Positions 11,132 through 26,194 of a DNA stretch of 64,000 nt are shown here, in pieces. The DNA lies in assembly GCA_964016885.1 (NCBI GenBank), contig OZ024740.1, forward strand, positions 267,096,001 to 267,160,000, written 5' to 3'. The notes beneath the pieces are model-generated. The model searched no databases and was not told the DNA's origin. It saw only the letters and a program-made list of their open reading frames with translations. This DNA is from Eledone cirrhosa (Eukaryota). Made by a program: the position numbers and the translations under genes. Numbering within the stretch: the first letter of the stretch is position 1; each line of letters begins with the position of its first letter.

Positions 11132-11575
11132 TCGCGGGGCTTACGTTCCTAGAACACCCGCGAAGAGTGAAAAACAGCGATTATTGGACGTGCTCAATAA
11201 AAAAAAGGAGGGAGCGACTTATGCAAAGTGGCGTCCAATAGGCGGGAAAATAAGGTATACTGTTATTAATAATTTAGTATTAAAAAAATATGTATTGCCA
11301 CGAAAAAAACATTTAAAAAATCGAGAAAGATATTTACGATTCCGCGAATATATTTAGGAAGATATTTACGATTCCTACTATATCAAGCGTTAGATTAATA
11401 AATATCTTCACTGTGTTATAGATTAAATCCCTTGAAAGTGATGCCTCAGCAGGGCTGTAGTCTAATAATTATAACCAATAGAAAAAAAAGTAGCAATTAT
11501 TTCTAGATCTTTTGCAAGGTTATTACTTTGCATGAATCCATTCTACTTGATTTTTCTCACCATAATAGTAATGTA

Positions 11576-11893
11576 CCGTATTTGTCGGCATATTGGACGC
11601 ACTTACAAAAAATAACATATAAAAATCTTCCCTGGCCGAACGGAGTGGGTGGGGATAATCATGGTTAAATAATTTAGTTTTTATTGCTATTAGTTTTACT
11701 AACACAGTAACACAATGTAATTCATATAAGCAAAATCATGTCGGACTTATATAAGAAATCCTGAGCAAACAATGAAATAATTTTTAAGAAATTTATTAAG
11801 AAATGTACTAAAATTCTTGTTTTCTCTAAATATCTTTGAAAAGCCTGGGGGCGTCATATACGATGGGACAATCTAATAGACCGGCAAATACTG
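11576..11893. mobile_element. pogo/Tc2-like MITE
   Basis: TIR CCGTATTTGTCGG / CCGGCAAATACTG, TA on both sides. Confidence 0.7.
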
Positions 11894-11924
11894 TATTCTA
11901 TTAATTGTTTTTGGTTTATTTCAG

Positions 11925-12049
11925 GGATGCAATCATTATATCATTCCTCAACAGTGCTACAAGTTTATTCTCAGGATTTGTAATCTTCTCAGTTATCGGT
12001 TTCATGGCCTATGAACAGAAGCAACCAGTTAGTAAAGTTGCTGAGGCAG
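11925..12049 (+). CDS. SLC6A1: GAT-1-like exon (TM7-EL4)
   Basis: 125 bp, phase-compatible with the previous exon; [42 protein letters not shown]. Confidence 0.95.
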
Positions 12050-12144
12050 GTATATTGCAATTTATCTTTCCTAGAAACTTATATTATCCCAACTAACATT
12101 TACTAAGAGCTACTTCTCCGAATTAAGAGATCACAGCCCCGATT

Positions 12145-12361
12145 TTATAGACATGTGGTTAGAATGTCTCACGAAAGAATCGCTGGACAGATTTTATGGG
12201 CAAAACGAACCGACAGGAGACCCAGGTGTAGACTTCGAACAAGATGGTTGAATAACATTTATGAGCTCGGCAGGTCTCGCATGGGGATCCAGCCGGATCA
12301 ATTGGAGACGACTGTTTCTGACAGGACTAGCTGGAAGGAGTGTTTGAGGACTCAGGAATAA
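12145..12361 (+). mobile_element. RTE-like LINE 3' fragment
   Basis: HVVRMSHERIAGQILWAKRTDRRPRCRLRTRW..DRTSWK, a typical RTE C-terminus. Confidence 0.75.
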
Positions 12362-12600
12362 GTGGGCGAAGAAAAAGAGAACATTTACTGGAATGTATTT
12401 CAGTATCAAGGATTGCGAATTGACAGAATCCTTAGAGCTTCCAATTAAATGCCACGCAGTATTTGTTCTCTACACTCAGTGTTCAAATACAGTCGAAGTT
12501 AATTTTGCCTTTAACCCTTCCAAATAATGTGCCAGTATAGGGCAAAGGATTGGCGGAATTATTAATTAAATTACCTGTTATATTTATTCTTACTGTTTAG

Positions 12601-12785
12601 GGCGGGGGATTGGCAGTATCGGTAGAGCGTAGGACAACATGCTTTGCAGCATAAAGTTACGTCCCTTTACGTTCTGAGTTCAAATCGGTTTCAATTTAGT
12701 TTTGCCTTTCATCCTTACGGGATCGATAAAATAAAGTACCAGTAATATACTGGGATCAATTTAATCGACTTTACCCTCCCCCATA
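12601..12785 (+). mobile_element. abundant SINE family (other copies or fragments near 1511, 3172, 12410, 12880, 17020, 25080-, 52090-, 58090-, 60890-, 61453, 62980-)
   Basis: GGATTGGCAGTATCGGTAGA..GAGTTCAAATC..TTTGCCTTTCATCC..GATAAAATAAAGTACCAGT consensus. Confidence 0.85.
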
Positions 12786-13018
12786 TTTGTTCTAACTCTG
12801 TGTGCATTTCTATGTCCTAGAGTATGCCTTTTTTTGTCATTCTCTGAATTTTTTTTCTCGTCAAGATCTATACTACCTTTCTTTAGAGCGCCGGAACGAA
12901 TGCTTTGTGGTAATTGTTACAATTCTCTGCGTCCTGTCTTCAAATCCCACCGAGGTCAATTTTGTATTTTTTCTAATCTATAAAATCATCCTCCCTACCT
13001 AGAATATAATGTGCATGC

Positions 13019-13117
<99 letters not shown>

Positions 13118-13283
13118 ATACATAATTGTTACGTACATGAAATTTAATTCAATAGCTATATGCTATGTTCATTGCTGAAGTTAATGTTATAGTAATGTCA
13201 TATCTATTTGATCCATAGATTTTGAAACAGCTCACATAACACTTGCCCATTAAACACTCATCTATTACTGTTCTATGTTCTAG

Positions 13284-13396
13284 GTCCCGGCTTAGCATTT
13301 CTAGCCTACCCATCTGCTGTTGTGCAACTGCCAGTCTCGCCATTATGGGCTGTGCTCTTTTTTCTCATGATTTTATTCCTTGGTATGGATAGTCAG
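13284..13396 (+). CDS. SLC6A1: GAT-1-like exon (EL4-TM8)
   Basis: 113 bp; [38 protein letters not shown]; tag|...|gtgag. Confidence 0.95.
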
Positions 13397-14758
13397 GTGA
13401 GTAATCTATCAGTCTGCTAAACTTCCATTTCCTTTTGCATAATCTAAAACTCTCTTGAGTATTTTGGGGGATTTGGGAGATTTGGGGATGGATGGAGGTC
13501 ATTGGCCAATAATAGTTTTTCAAAGAATCCCTGTTTTTTAAATCCCTTGGCCAATTACCTCCACCCATCCCCCAAATCACCACCTTCTCAAACCACCAGA
13601 AAATATATAAATACAACAGTCTTGCAAGGACAGTCGGTTTTCCTGGGGGTTTATTTTGAATAAATCAGTTCTAGGCCGGTAGAGCCATATATATATATAT
13701 ATTTGAAAAAAGGAAATTGGTATTCTTTAATTTCATTTTATAATTTTACAATATTACAATTTCGTTATGTAAAATTGTAAAATTGTAAAATTATAAAATT
13801 GAATTGTTATAGAATACCAACTACAAGTGAAGTCCCCCTTTCAATATACCTTACTGTATCAAGGATCTGACGCATTTTCCAATCTCTATATATATATTCT
13901 AGCCATTAGAAAAAGCAAAATGAATGCTTCACCTTTGAAAGAAGTGTGACTCAATAATAATAATAATAAAAAGAAGAAGAATATATATATATATATATAT
14001 ATATTATTTGTTCTTTATCATTAATATTAATATAAAAAAAATAATAATAATCATGTATAATTATTAAAAAGTTTTTACCTGAATTTGGCCTCATATTTCA
14101 TATAGCTTAGGGCCTCAGCAGGTGAAAGTCCAGCCCTGGTAATATTCTTGACCATTTATAGTATATCACATTCGATCAACTCTTTTATTTATGTGCTATC
14201 ATAAACGTCTGCTGTTTCCGAAAGTGCGAAAATGATAATCTTAGCTAGGACTGAGTTAAATCATTTTGGATGGTCCTCACACATATCAGGAAGATTCTCT
14301 CATCCGAAAGTCTTAGTGTCTGAGGAAAGAGAAGGGGCTTTTATTTTCTCTCTGGTCTACCTGGTTCAGAATAAAAGCAAGGCCAGCATGGCTGAGAGAG
14401 ACAACCAAACACAAGGGTTGTCAGGAAAATCAATAATGCTAGACTAAAAAACCATTGTAGGTTTAATAGATGGCCGTTGATTCGTTGTTGATTTACTCCG
14501 TGCTTGTAGACAGGTATTGCTTTTTGTACTGTCAGGATGCCCATTCACCCATCAAGATAGTGTTCTACAGTAACGTTGTCAATTTAGTCTAGACTTCTAA
14601 TAAATATACGAAGTCAACATTTTAAAGTTTATTGAGTACGTTATTCCTTATTGGTAATATCTAATCTATAGATTTCATTTATATAAAACCAACAACACAT
14701 AGTATAAATATACTAATGATTGATCGTTGTATAATATTCTTGTGGTTTCTTCTTTTAG

Positions 14759-14890
14759 TTCTGTACAATGGAAGGATTCTTCACTGCACTAATAGACGAG
14801 TTCCCACATTATTTACGGCCTAGACGTGAAAAATTCATCGCTATTGTCTGCTTCGTGTCTTTCTTGATAGGTTTAGCAATGGTTACCCAG
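14759..14890 (+). CDS. SLC6A1: GAT-1-like exon (TM8-TM9)
   Basis: 132 bp; [44 protein letters not shown]; tag|...|gtaag. Confidence 0.95.
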
Positions 14891-14934
14891 GTAAGTCTAT
14901 TGCAATTAATACATCGTCATATAAAAATAAAGAG

Positions 14935-15023
<89 letters not shown>

Positions 15024-15351
15024 ATATATATATGTATATGTGTGTGTGTGTGTATACGTACGTATAAATATCCGTATGTGTTCAATCGGTATGAGAGCTA
15101 TGATATATTATTATTTATTCATGTTCATATATGGAACGAAAGACCCAATATTGACCATATCTACAGAATGTAAGAAGGATAAAAATTGTGACCTAATTTT
15201 CAGACGATAAACTCGTATAACCACCTTAAGAAAACGTCATAATTTTGATCCCTCTTACATTCTAGAGATATAGCCAATATTGGGCCTTGAAACCTTAGGT
15301 AGTGCTTTTGTTCCGTGTATGAACATAAATAAATAAATAAATAAATAAATA

Positions 15352-15393
<42 letters not shown>

Positions 15394-15490
15394 ATAATAA
15401 TAAATTTGAAGACTAAAATCCAAAGATTTTCAGAAGATCCCGTTAAGGGTGAAAGCAGCGATTCTTTGCTTAAACTTTAATGTTATTTTA

Positions 15491-15534
<44 letters not shown>

Positions 15535-15700
15535 CTGCTATCGATTAGTGTACACATCGATATATTTTATTATAGCTTACTTTTGCTCTCTCAAACGATC
15601 GTAAAACAATGGATTATTTAGCTACTACACCTTATCTTTTAATTTGTATAGATACATACATTCATATATATATATCTATGTGTACACTAATCGATAGCAG

Positions 15701-15852
<152 letters not shown>

Positions 15853-16259
15853 AAAGATGAAGTTGGAAATAGCACAGGAGATATATTTAAGGATCTGTTT
15901 TTCTTTTTTGATCCGTCAAAGTGTCATTATTAAAAAGATAGTGTTATTAAAAAGATAGGGACAATTCTTTTTTAAACAATTTTTTATGAAGTATCTAAAG
16001 TATATGAGAAAATTACCGGTTTCGATGTATTAAGATCCATCTTGTCAAATTCAGTTTAAAAGAGTTGGTAGGAGTAAAGAACGGTTTAAAATTAAAATCA
16101 AAATCGAATGTTTGAGTAAAATATCTTCCATCATGCTGCCTGAAAAGTTGGCTATGTGTGCGTGCGTGTGGGGTGTGTGTGTCTGTGAGTGGGTGTGGGT
16201 GTGTGTATGTGTGTGTCTGTGTGTGTGAGTCTGTGTGTGTGTGTGTATCTATCTATCTA

Positions 16260-16380
<121 letters not shown>

Positions 16381-16595
16381 ACGTATCTGTGAAATATTCA
16401 ACTCTTTACACGTTGAAGTGTATGCCGTTCCGTTGACCGAACAACTGGAACACTTATCGTCAAAACCGAGAGAGATTAATTTATTTTAAATGATACAGAC
16501 ATACTAATTTCTTTTATTTTTTAGTCCAGTGACAGACATTTTATGCATACTATTGTTGGCCTTATTTCTCATTTTTTACTCTCTTTCTATTTCAG

Positions 16596-16698
16596 GGAGG
16601 CATCTATGTTTTCCAGATTTTTGAACATTATTCTGCTAGTGGGATTTGCCTTTTGCTCTTCATTTTCTTTGAATGCATTGCAATATCATGGTCATATG
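16596..16698 (+). CDS. SLC6A1: GAT-1-like exon (TM10)
   Basis: 103 bp; [35 protein letters not shown] with the GAT-type YSASG. Confidence 0.95.
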
Positions 16699-17502
16699 GT
16701 AAGGTTTTGAATTTATAGATTTATAAAGGGAAGGGTGTGACTGAGTGGTTTTGGTATCGAGATCACGGTCATAAGGTCGTGTGTTCATGTTCAAACACTG
16801 GACAAGACTACGTTTTGTTTTCTTGAGCAGGACGCTTAATTTCACGTCTCTGTAGTCCAAAGAACCAGAAAAAAATTCAGTACTAATAGTAGCAGCTGGG
16901 AGTTGTCTGCAACAGACCGGCATTGAAACTGGAATCATCTCTGGCCATATGAGCCACTGGAGATGTGACAGGCCTTAAGTTTAGAGTTATCATCTAAGAA
17001 AAGCGCAGCAACTACTTACACACAGAGGCAACTGATAAATGCTTTGGTGTATTTATTCCGTCAATTTGCATTTTGAGTTGAAATCCCGCCGAGGTCAACT
17101 TTGTTTTTGTCCCTGCGAGATTAATAAATAAATTACTAGTCTAGGACAGTGAACTGGCAGAGTCATTAGGGCATCGTGTAGGTTGCTTTGTGGTATTTGT
17201 CCCGACACTTTTTGCATTCTGAGCTCAAAATCCGCTGTGGCATACATCAGTGATAAACTTAATTTGTCGCCCAATTTAACCACCAGCATCTTTGGGTATA
17301 TGTAACGGAGCATAGTTTGTTGCAAGCATTCGTGTTTGATGGCACCTACCTCTCTTCCTTTCACCAGTTGCAAAGGCCCTGAAAATTGTCTTTTAAGCTG
17401 CCCCTCTGCGTGACTAAGCAGTAAATAATTACATACACTCGCAGAAAGACGCATTGATATGTATATTAAAGTTATTTATTTTTTGTTACATATTTTTTTC
17501 AG

Positions 17503-17603
17503 GAATCAATCGTTTCTATGACAACATGAAAGATATGATTGGTTATCATCCACATTATATTTGGAAAATTACCTGGGTAGTAACAGTTCCCGTCATATGT
17601 ATT
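17503..17603 (+). CDS. SLC6A1: GAT-1-like exon (TM11)
   Basis: 101 bp; INRFYDNMKDMIGYHPHYIWKITWVVTVPVICI; cag|...|gtaag. Confidence 0.93.
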
Positions 17604-17695
17604 GTAAGTAAATTTTTCAACTGTTATTCTATTATCGTTTATGCTATACTCACACATACACCACACACAAATGCACATTTATTATATATATGCAC

Positions 17696-20690
<2,995 letters not shown>

Positions 20691-21058
20691 TTTTCTCCGG
20701 ATTACTTTTGGAATTTCAACTGAAACTGTCGAGCAAACTCTACGTGAGCTGTCAATCTACTGTGTGTAATATTTATATTACAACACAACGGAAAATACTG
20801 TATATATATATATATATAAGTAGTTCCACAACAATTAGTTCGTGGGTTCCGGAAAAACCACCATATTTTCTTCGTTAATCTGGGCCTGAAGACAACATCG
20901 GTGGTATGGAGAGGAGATACTAATATGCATGGGTAACTGCTGGTTTTCCACAAACAACCTTGCTTAGACTTGTGTCCCAGAGTGGAACTTTCTAGGTTCA
21001 AATCCCATGGTGATTTAAAAGAACCGGCGGCAGTCTTTACCGTTTATATATATATATG

Positions 21059-21485
21059 TATATCTTCATTGCTGTCGTAGAGTCTGTGCTGCTGTATGGG
21101 TCTGAGACTTGGACACTGACCAAGAAACTCACTCAGATGGTGGATGGGTGCTACACGAGAATGCTGAGGATGGCTCTGAACATTAATCAGTATACACTGA
21201 AGATGAAAAACTCAGAGCTGTACGGGAGCCTCCCAAAAGTCAGCTCAAAAGTGACACAGAGGAGACTGAGGTTAGCTGGGCATGCTCACCGACATCCAGA
21301 GCTGATACTGCACTCAGTGCTCCTGTGGGAGCCCCTATATGGACACACTGGAAGAGGAAGACCAAGGTTAACGTATGTTGATGCCCTAAGGACAGACACT
21401 GGTCTGTTGGAGACGCAGGACATGGCAGTGATAATGAGGGACAGAGACCGCTGGAGAGAATGGATCTCGGAAATTTTACTCGCCC
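21059..21485 (+). mobile_element. RTE-type LINE 3' end
   Basis: VESVLLYGSETWTLTK..YTRMLRMAL..RRLRLAGHAHRHPE..GRPRLTYVD..DRDRWR, flanked by (TA)n. Confidence 0.88.
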
Positions 21486-21486
21486 T

Positions 21487-21532
<46 letters not shown>

Positions 21533-21664
21533 ATTAGAATACTGGAGCGTGTTGGAGTAAAACACCCTCTTCGTATTATAGAAATGACAGTAAAAGGTAT
21601 AACAGAGCCAAAAAATTAAGAGAGTAAAACAAAGAATCCTTTAATACATCAAAAGTTTTTATTA

Positions 21665-21702
21665 GCCGACAATGTTTCGTCCTATTAAGGACTCATCAGG
21701 GC
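21665..21702 (-). ncRNA. minimal type I hammerhead ribozyme
   Basis: reverse complement of 24503-24540. Confidence 0.85.
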
Positions 21703-22046
21703 AATCAAAACAACAAGAAGTAATATCGGCAGATACAAGCCGGAAACTCTGAAGAATATGGAGTGTACATACACTAAAGTCTTACAAAAATATATGATAA
21801 TAAAAATGAAAATAAAAATAAAAATAATAAAAATATATAATAAGAATAACTAAGGATGTAGATAACATTAAGAACCATATTACAAATATAGTCCAAAGCA
21901 ACTAACCTAAATCTAAACAAATTTGGTTATATAGAGCAGGAATTATATATAACACAATATAATACATTATAATAATATACCTTTACCAACATTAAAATTA
22001 CAAATTAAAAATCAAAAGGTACAATATATACATGTATATATGTGCG

Positions 22047-22096
<50 letters not shown>

Positions 22097-24502
22097 ACAA
22101 TACACACAGCTATGTTCAACTACACAAATTAAGCCCTATTAGAAGTTTGAATATAAAAATAAGCATGATAAGAGTGAAAGTAATACTAATACATCTACCC
22201 AATATACATGAGGCAATAATATGATATAATTACAAGAAACACATATAATAAATAATAAACAACAAAATTATATAATTCAATATAATATAATAAAATAGAT
22301 AATCCCCGGTTAATTTACAGAAACAATATAGATGTCACAATAAAATACAATGATAATACGTTAACAGTGTACTAACATTTACCATAAATAATGTATACGA
22401 ATCGATTCATACTGGGTTACAGAGTAAATGAGGAAAAATAAATTATATAATACTAAAAAAAAACACTATAATGGTACAGGGAAAAATTATGATGTTACAG
22501 AAAAAAATATACAGACATCTTACATGATATGTAAAGTCTAAATATCATAATGTTACATATAATGAACAGTAAGTAATAAGGATCAATATTACAATATTAC
22601 AAAAATCCAGACATCTTACATGATGTATAAAGTTTAAATATCATAATGTTACATATAATGAACAGTAAGTAATAAGGATCAATATTACAATACAATATAA
22701 TATAATATATTATAAATTGACATAAAATAATATATAAATACTTATAATTAATTATGTTAGTAGACAGACATATGTGGATGTGTAAGTAAAGCCAGACAGT
22801 GAATAGTAAATAGAATATAGAATAAAATAAATAAATATAATCAACCGGAAATTACAAAACAAAAGCAAATATATACACACTTAGGCCTCACATGCGGTTA
22901 AGAAATTAGGTAAACACTAAGGAAAACAATCATTTTAATTGACTCAAAACCCTATTTGATAAATTAATATTAAAAATATCAAAACTATCCAATAAGGTAG
23001 TATAATATTAGCTGTAGTTTAAGTCATTAAAGTATATAAACTTTAATGTATCGTTACAAATGTTTACAAAAAGGAATGAAAATTTTATACTATCATATAC
23101 GCAACGATATCTAAAAAACTGACTTAAGTAGAATTAAGGTAGGCTAATGGGGACAGAATTGACGAAATATATTTTTATTTTTTATTTTTAATTCTATTTT
23201 TATTTCTAATTTTATTCTGATTTATCTTTCGACAACCCCCCCCCCCCCATGCGCACATAAACTTATTGTCAACCCCTCCAGATTGAATATGATTATATTT
23301 AACCCCCCCCCCTCTTTTACGCTCCGTTCTATTATTTATTATAGTATATCGACTATATTTTATGCTACTTCGCACCCTCCATATATTTCGTCAATTCTGT
23401 CCCCATTAGCCTACCTTAATTCTACTTAAGTCAGTTTTATAGATATCGTTGCGTATATGATAGTATAAAATCTACTAACCTTGTAATTATAAGTATTTAT
23501 ATATTATTTTATGTCAATTTATAATATATTATATTATATTGTATTGTAATATTGATCCTTATTACTTACTGTTCATTATATGTAACATTATGATATTTAA
23601 ACTTTATATATCATGTAAGATGTCTGGATTTTTGTAATATTGTAATATTGATCCTTATTACTTACTGTTCATTATATGTAACATTATGATATTTAGACTT
23701 TACATATCATGTAAGATGTCTGTATATTTTTTTCTGTAACATCATAATTTTTCCCTGTACCATTATAGTGTTTTTTTTTAGTATTATATAATTTATTTTT
23801 CCTCATTTACTCTGTAACCCAGTATGAATCGATTCGTATACATTATTTATGGTAAATGTTAGTACACTGTTAACGTATTATCATTGTATTTTATTGTGAC
23901 ATCTATATTGTTTCTGTAAATTAACCGGGGATTATCTATTTTATTATATTATATTGAATTATATAATTTTGTTGTTTATTATTTATTATATGTGTTTCTT
24001 GTAATTATATCATATTATTGCCTCATGTATATTGGGTAGATGTATTAGTATTATTTTCACTCTTATCATGCTTATTTTTATATTCAAACTTCTAATAGGG
24101 CTTAATTTGTGTAGTTGAACATAGATGTGTGTATTGTTATATATGTGTGTGTGTGTGTGTGCGCACATATATACATGTATATATTGTACCTTTTGATTTT
24201 TAATTTGTAATTTTAATGTTGGTAAAGGTATATTATTATAATGTATTATATTGTGTTATATATAATTCCTGCTCTATATAACCAAATTTGTTTAGATTTA
24301 GGTTAGTTGCTTTGGACTATATTTGTAATATGGTTCTTAATGTTATCTACATCCTTAGTTATTCTTATTATATATTTTTATTATTTTTATTTTTATTTTC
24401 ATTTTTATTATCATATATTTTTGTAAGACTTTAGTGTATGTACACTCCATATTCTTCAGAGTTTCCGGCTTGTATCTGCCGATATTACTTGTTGTTTTGA
24501 TT

Positions 24503-24540
24503 GCCCTGATGAGTCCTTAATAGGACGAAACATTGTCGGC
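24503..24540 (+). ncRNA. minimal type I hammerhead ribozyme
   Basis: GCC-CTGATGA-GTCC ttaata GGAC-GAAA-C att G-TC/GGC: canonical core, GUC cleavage site, short stem III. Confidence 0.88.
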
Positions 24541-24585
24541 TAATAAAAACTTTTGATGTATTAAAGGATTCTTTGTTTTACTCTC

Positions 24586-24664
<79 letters not shown>

Positions 24665-26194
24665 ATAATAATAAATTTGAAGACTAAAATCCAAAGAGGG
24701 CTCGATAAGGAAAAATATATATCAAATATATAAGAACCGTAGAGCAAATATTTATTAAAATAACAGATTAAAGTTTAAGCAAAGAATCGCTGCATGACTC
24801 CCGTCGTGTGTATGTGTGTATATGTATGAATAAATATATGTGTTTATAAGTGTATAATGGAGCTACGGGTACAGATAAGGGTAGTTTGCGGCTATATGTA
24901 ACAAGTAAAACAAACTGCTACATATAAGTAACCGAAATAAACGCCGATAACCCCTAGATAATTTTAGCCATTACTTGCTTCCATAGACTTTTATAACATT
25001 AACATATATAATACCGTTTACTGAGGTTAAATTCAGTGAATAAGTAATTTGCACTAATTACAGGCATAGAGTATATTAATTGTTTCTACATTTGGCACAA
25101 GGCCAGCAATCAACCAGTACATTACTGGTACTTTATTTTATCTACCCGGTAAGGATGAAAGGCAAAGTTAACCTTGGCGGGATTTGAACTCAGACCGTAA
25201 AGGGACGTAACTATGCTGGAAAGCATGCAGAACACGAGTGCTGGAAATACCTGACAGAATAACTATTAAGAACAGTACCGTTAAATAATTCCGGCAATTT
25301 CAACCTTCCATAACCTTAGAAAAAACTTTGTTTATACTTTGTCGTTTCAACCAACATCTTACGTACATACATCGGTTGGTAATTCAGAACTTTTTATATG
25401 TTGTATATAATTGATCCTGATGAATTCTCTACGAAGGTATTGTAAAGAATATTTTTAGAGAATGAGACATATGTAGATCTAATAAATAATTTATTAATTG
25501 TTGAACCTTGGTGATCTATTTCTTGTATTAATATATGTTTTGTTATTATAAATCTAAGATAATCGGAAAATATACCAACTGAATTTACCTCTGGAATCTC
25601 TTTCGCTAATCTGGATATAGAATAAACCACATCCTAGCTTTAAATATCTGAATGCCTTACTATTGTATTATCAACTTATATAATTTACCATATATATATA
25701 TATATATATTAAAATAACAGATTAAAGTTTAAGCAAAGAATCGCTGCTTTCACCCTTAACGGGATCTTCTGAAACTAAAAAAATAAATCTGGGAACACAG
25801 AAGTAAATATTTCGAAAGACGTTGCAACCGAAGGAAAACAGGAAGACTATACTTTGGTTCGTGAAGACGTTCCCTGGCAATGAACGGAAAAAAATCGAAG
25901 ATAAAACGTCGTTATGTGTAGCGATGAGAACAAATACACGCAAAGACAAAACCACGTTTATGGTATAAATGAAGTTGTAGACTAATATTCTATATAAGAA
26001 ATCGAATGATTCTCGGCTTCAGAGTTAAGGATAATGTAAATAAATTAGTAGAACGACAATGACAGGGGTTATTAAAATCAAATAATTAAATATATACATA
26101 CACGCTTCTATATACGTACATACACAGGCATACGCAAAACACATTATTACTATATATATATATATATAAAATAATATATATAAAAAAGAATGGA

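Larger units (their letters stand above)
21530..24590. mobile_element. 3-kb non-coding inverted-repeat element (PLE pLTR-type) with an HHR in each arm
   Basis: arms 21615-22750 + 23082-23172 versus 23381-24590 are near-identical reverse complements; (TA)n on both sides. Confidence 0.9.
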
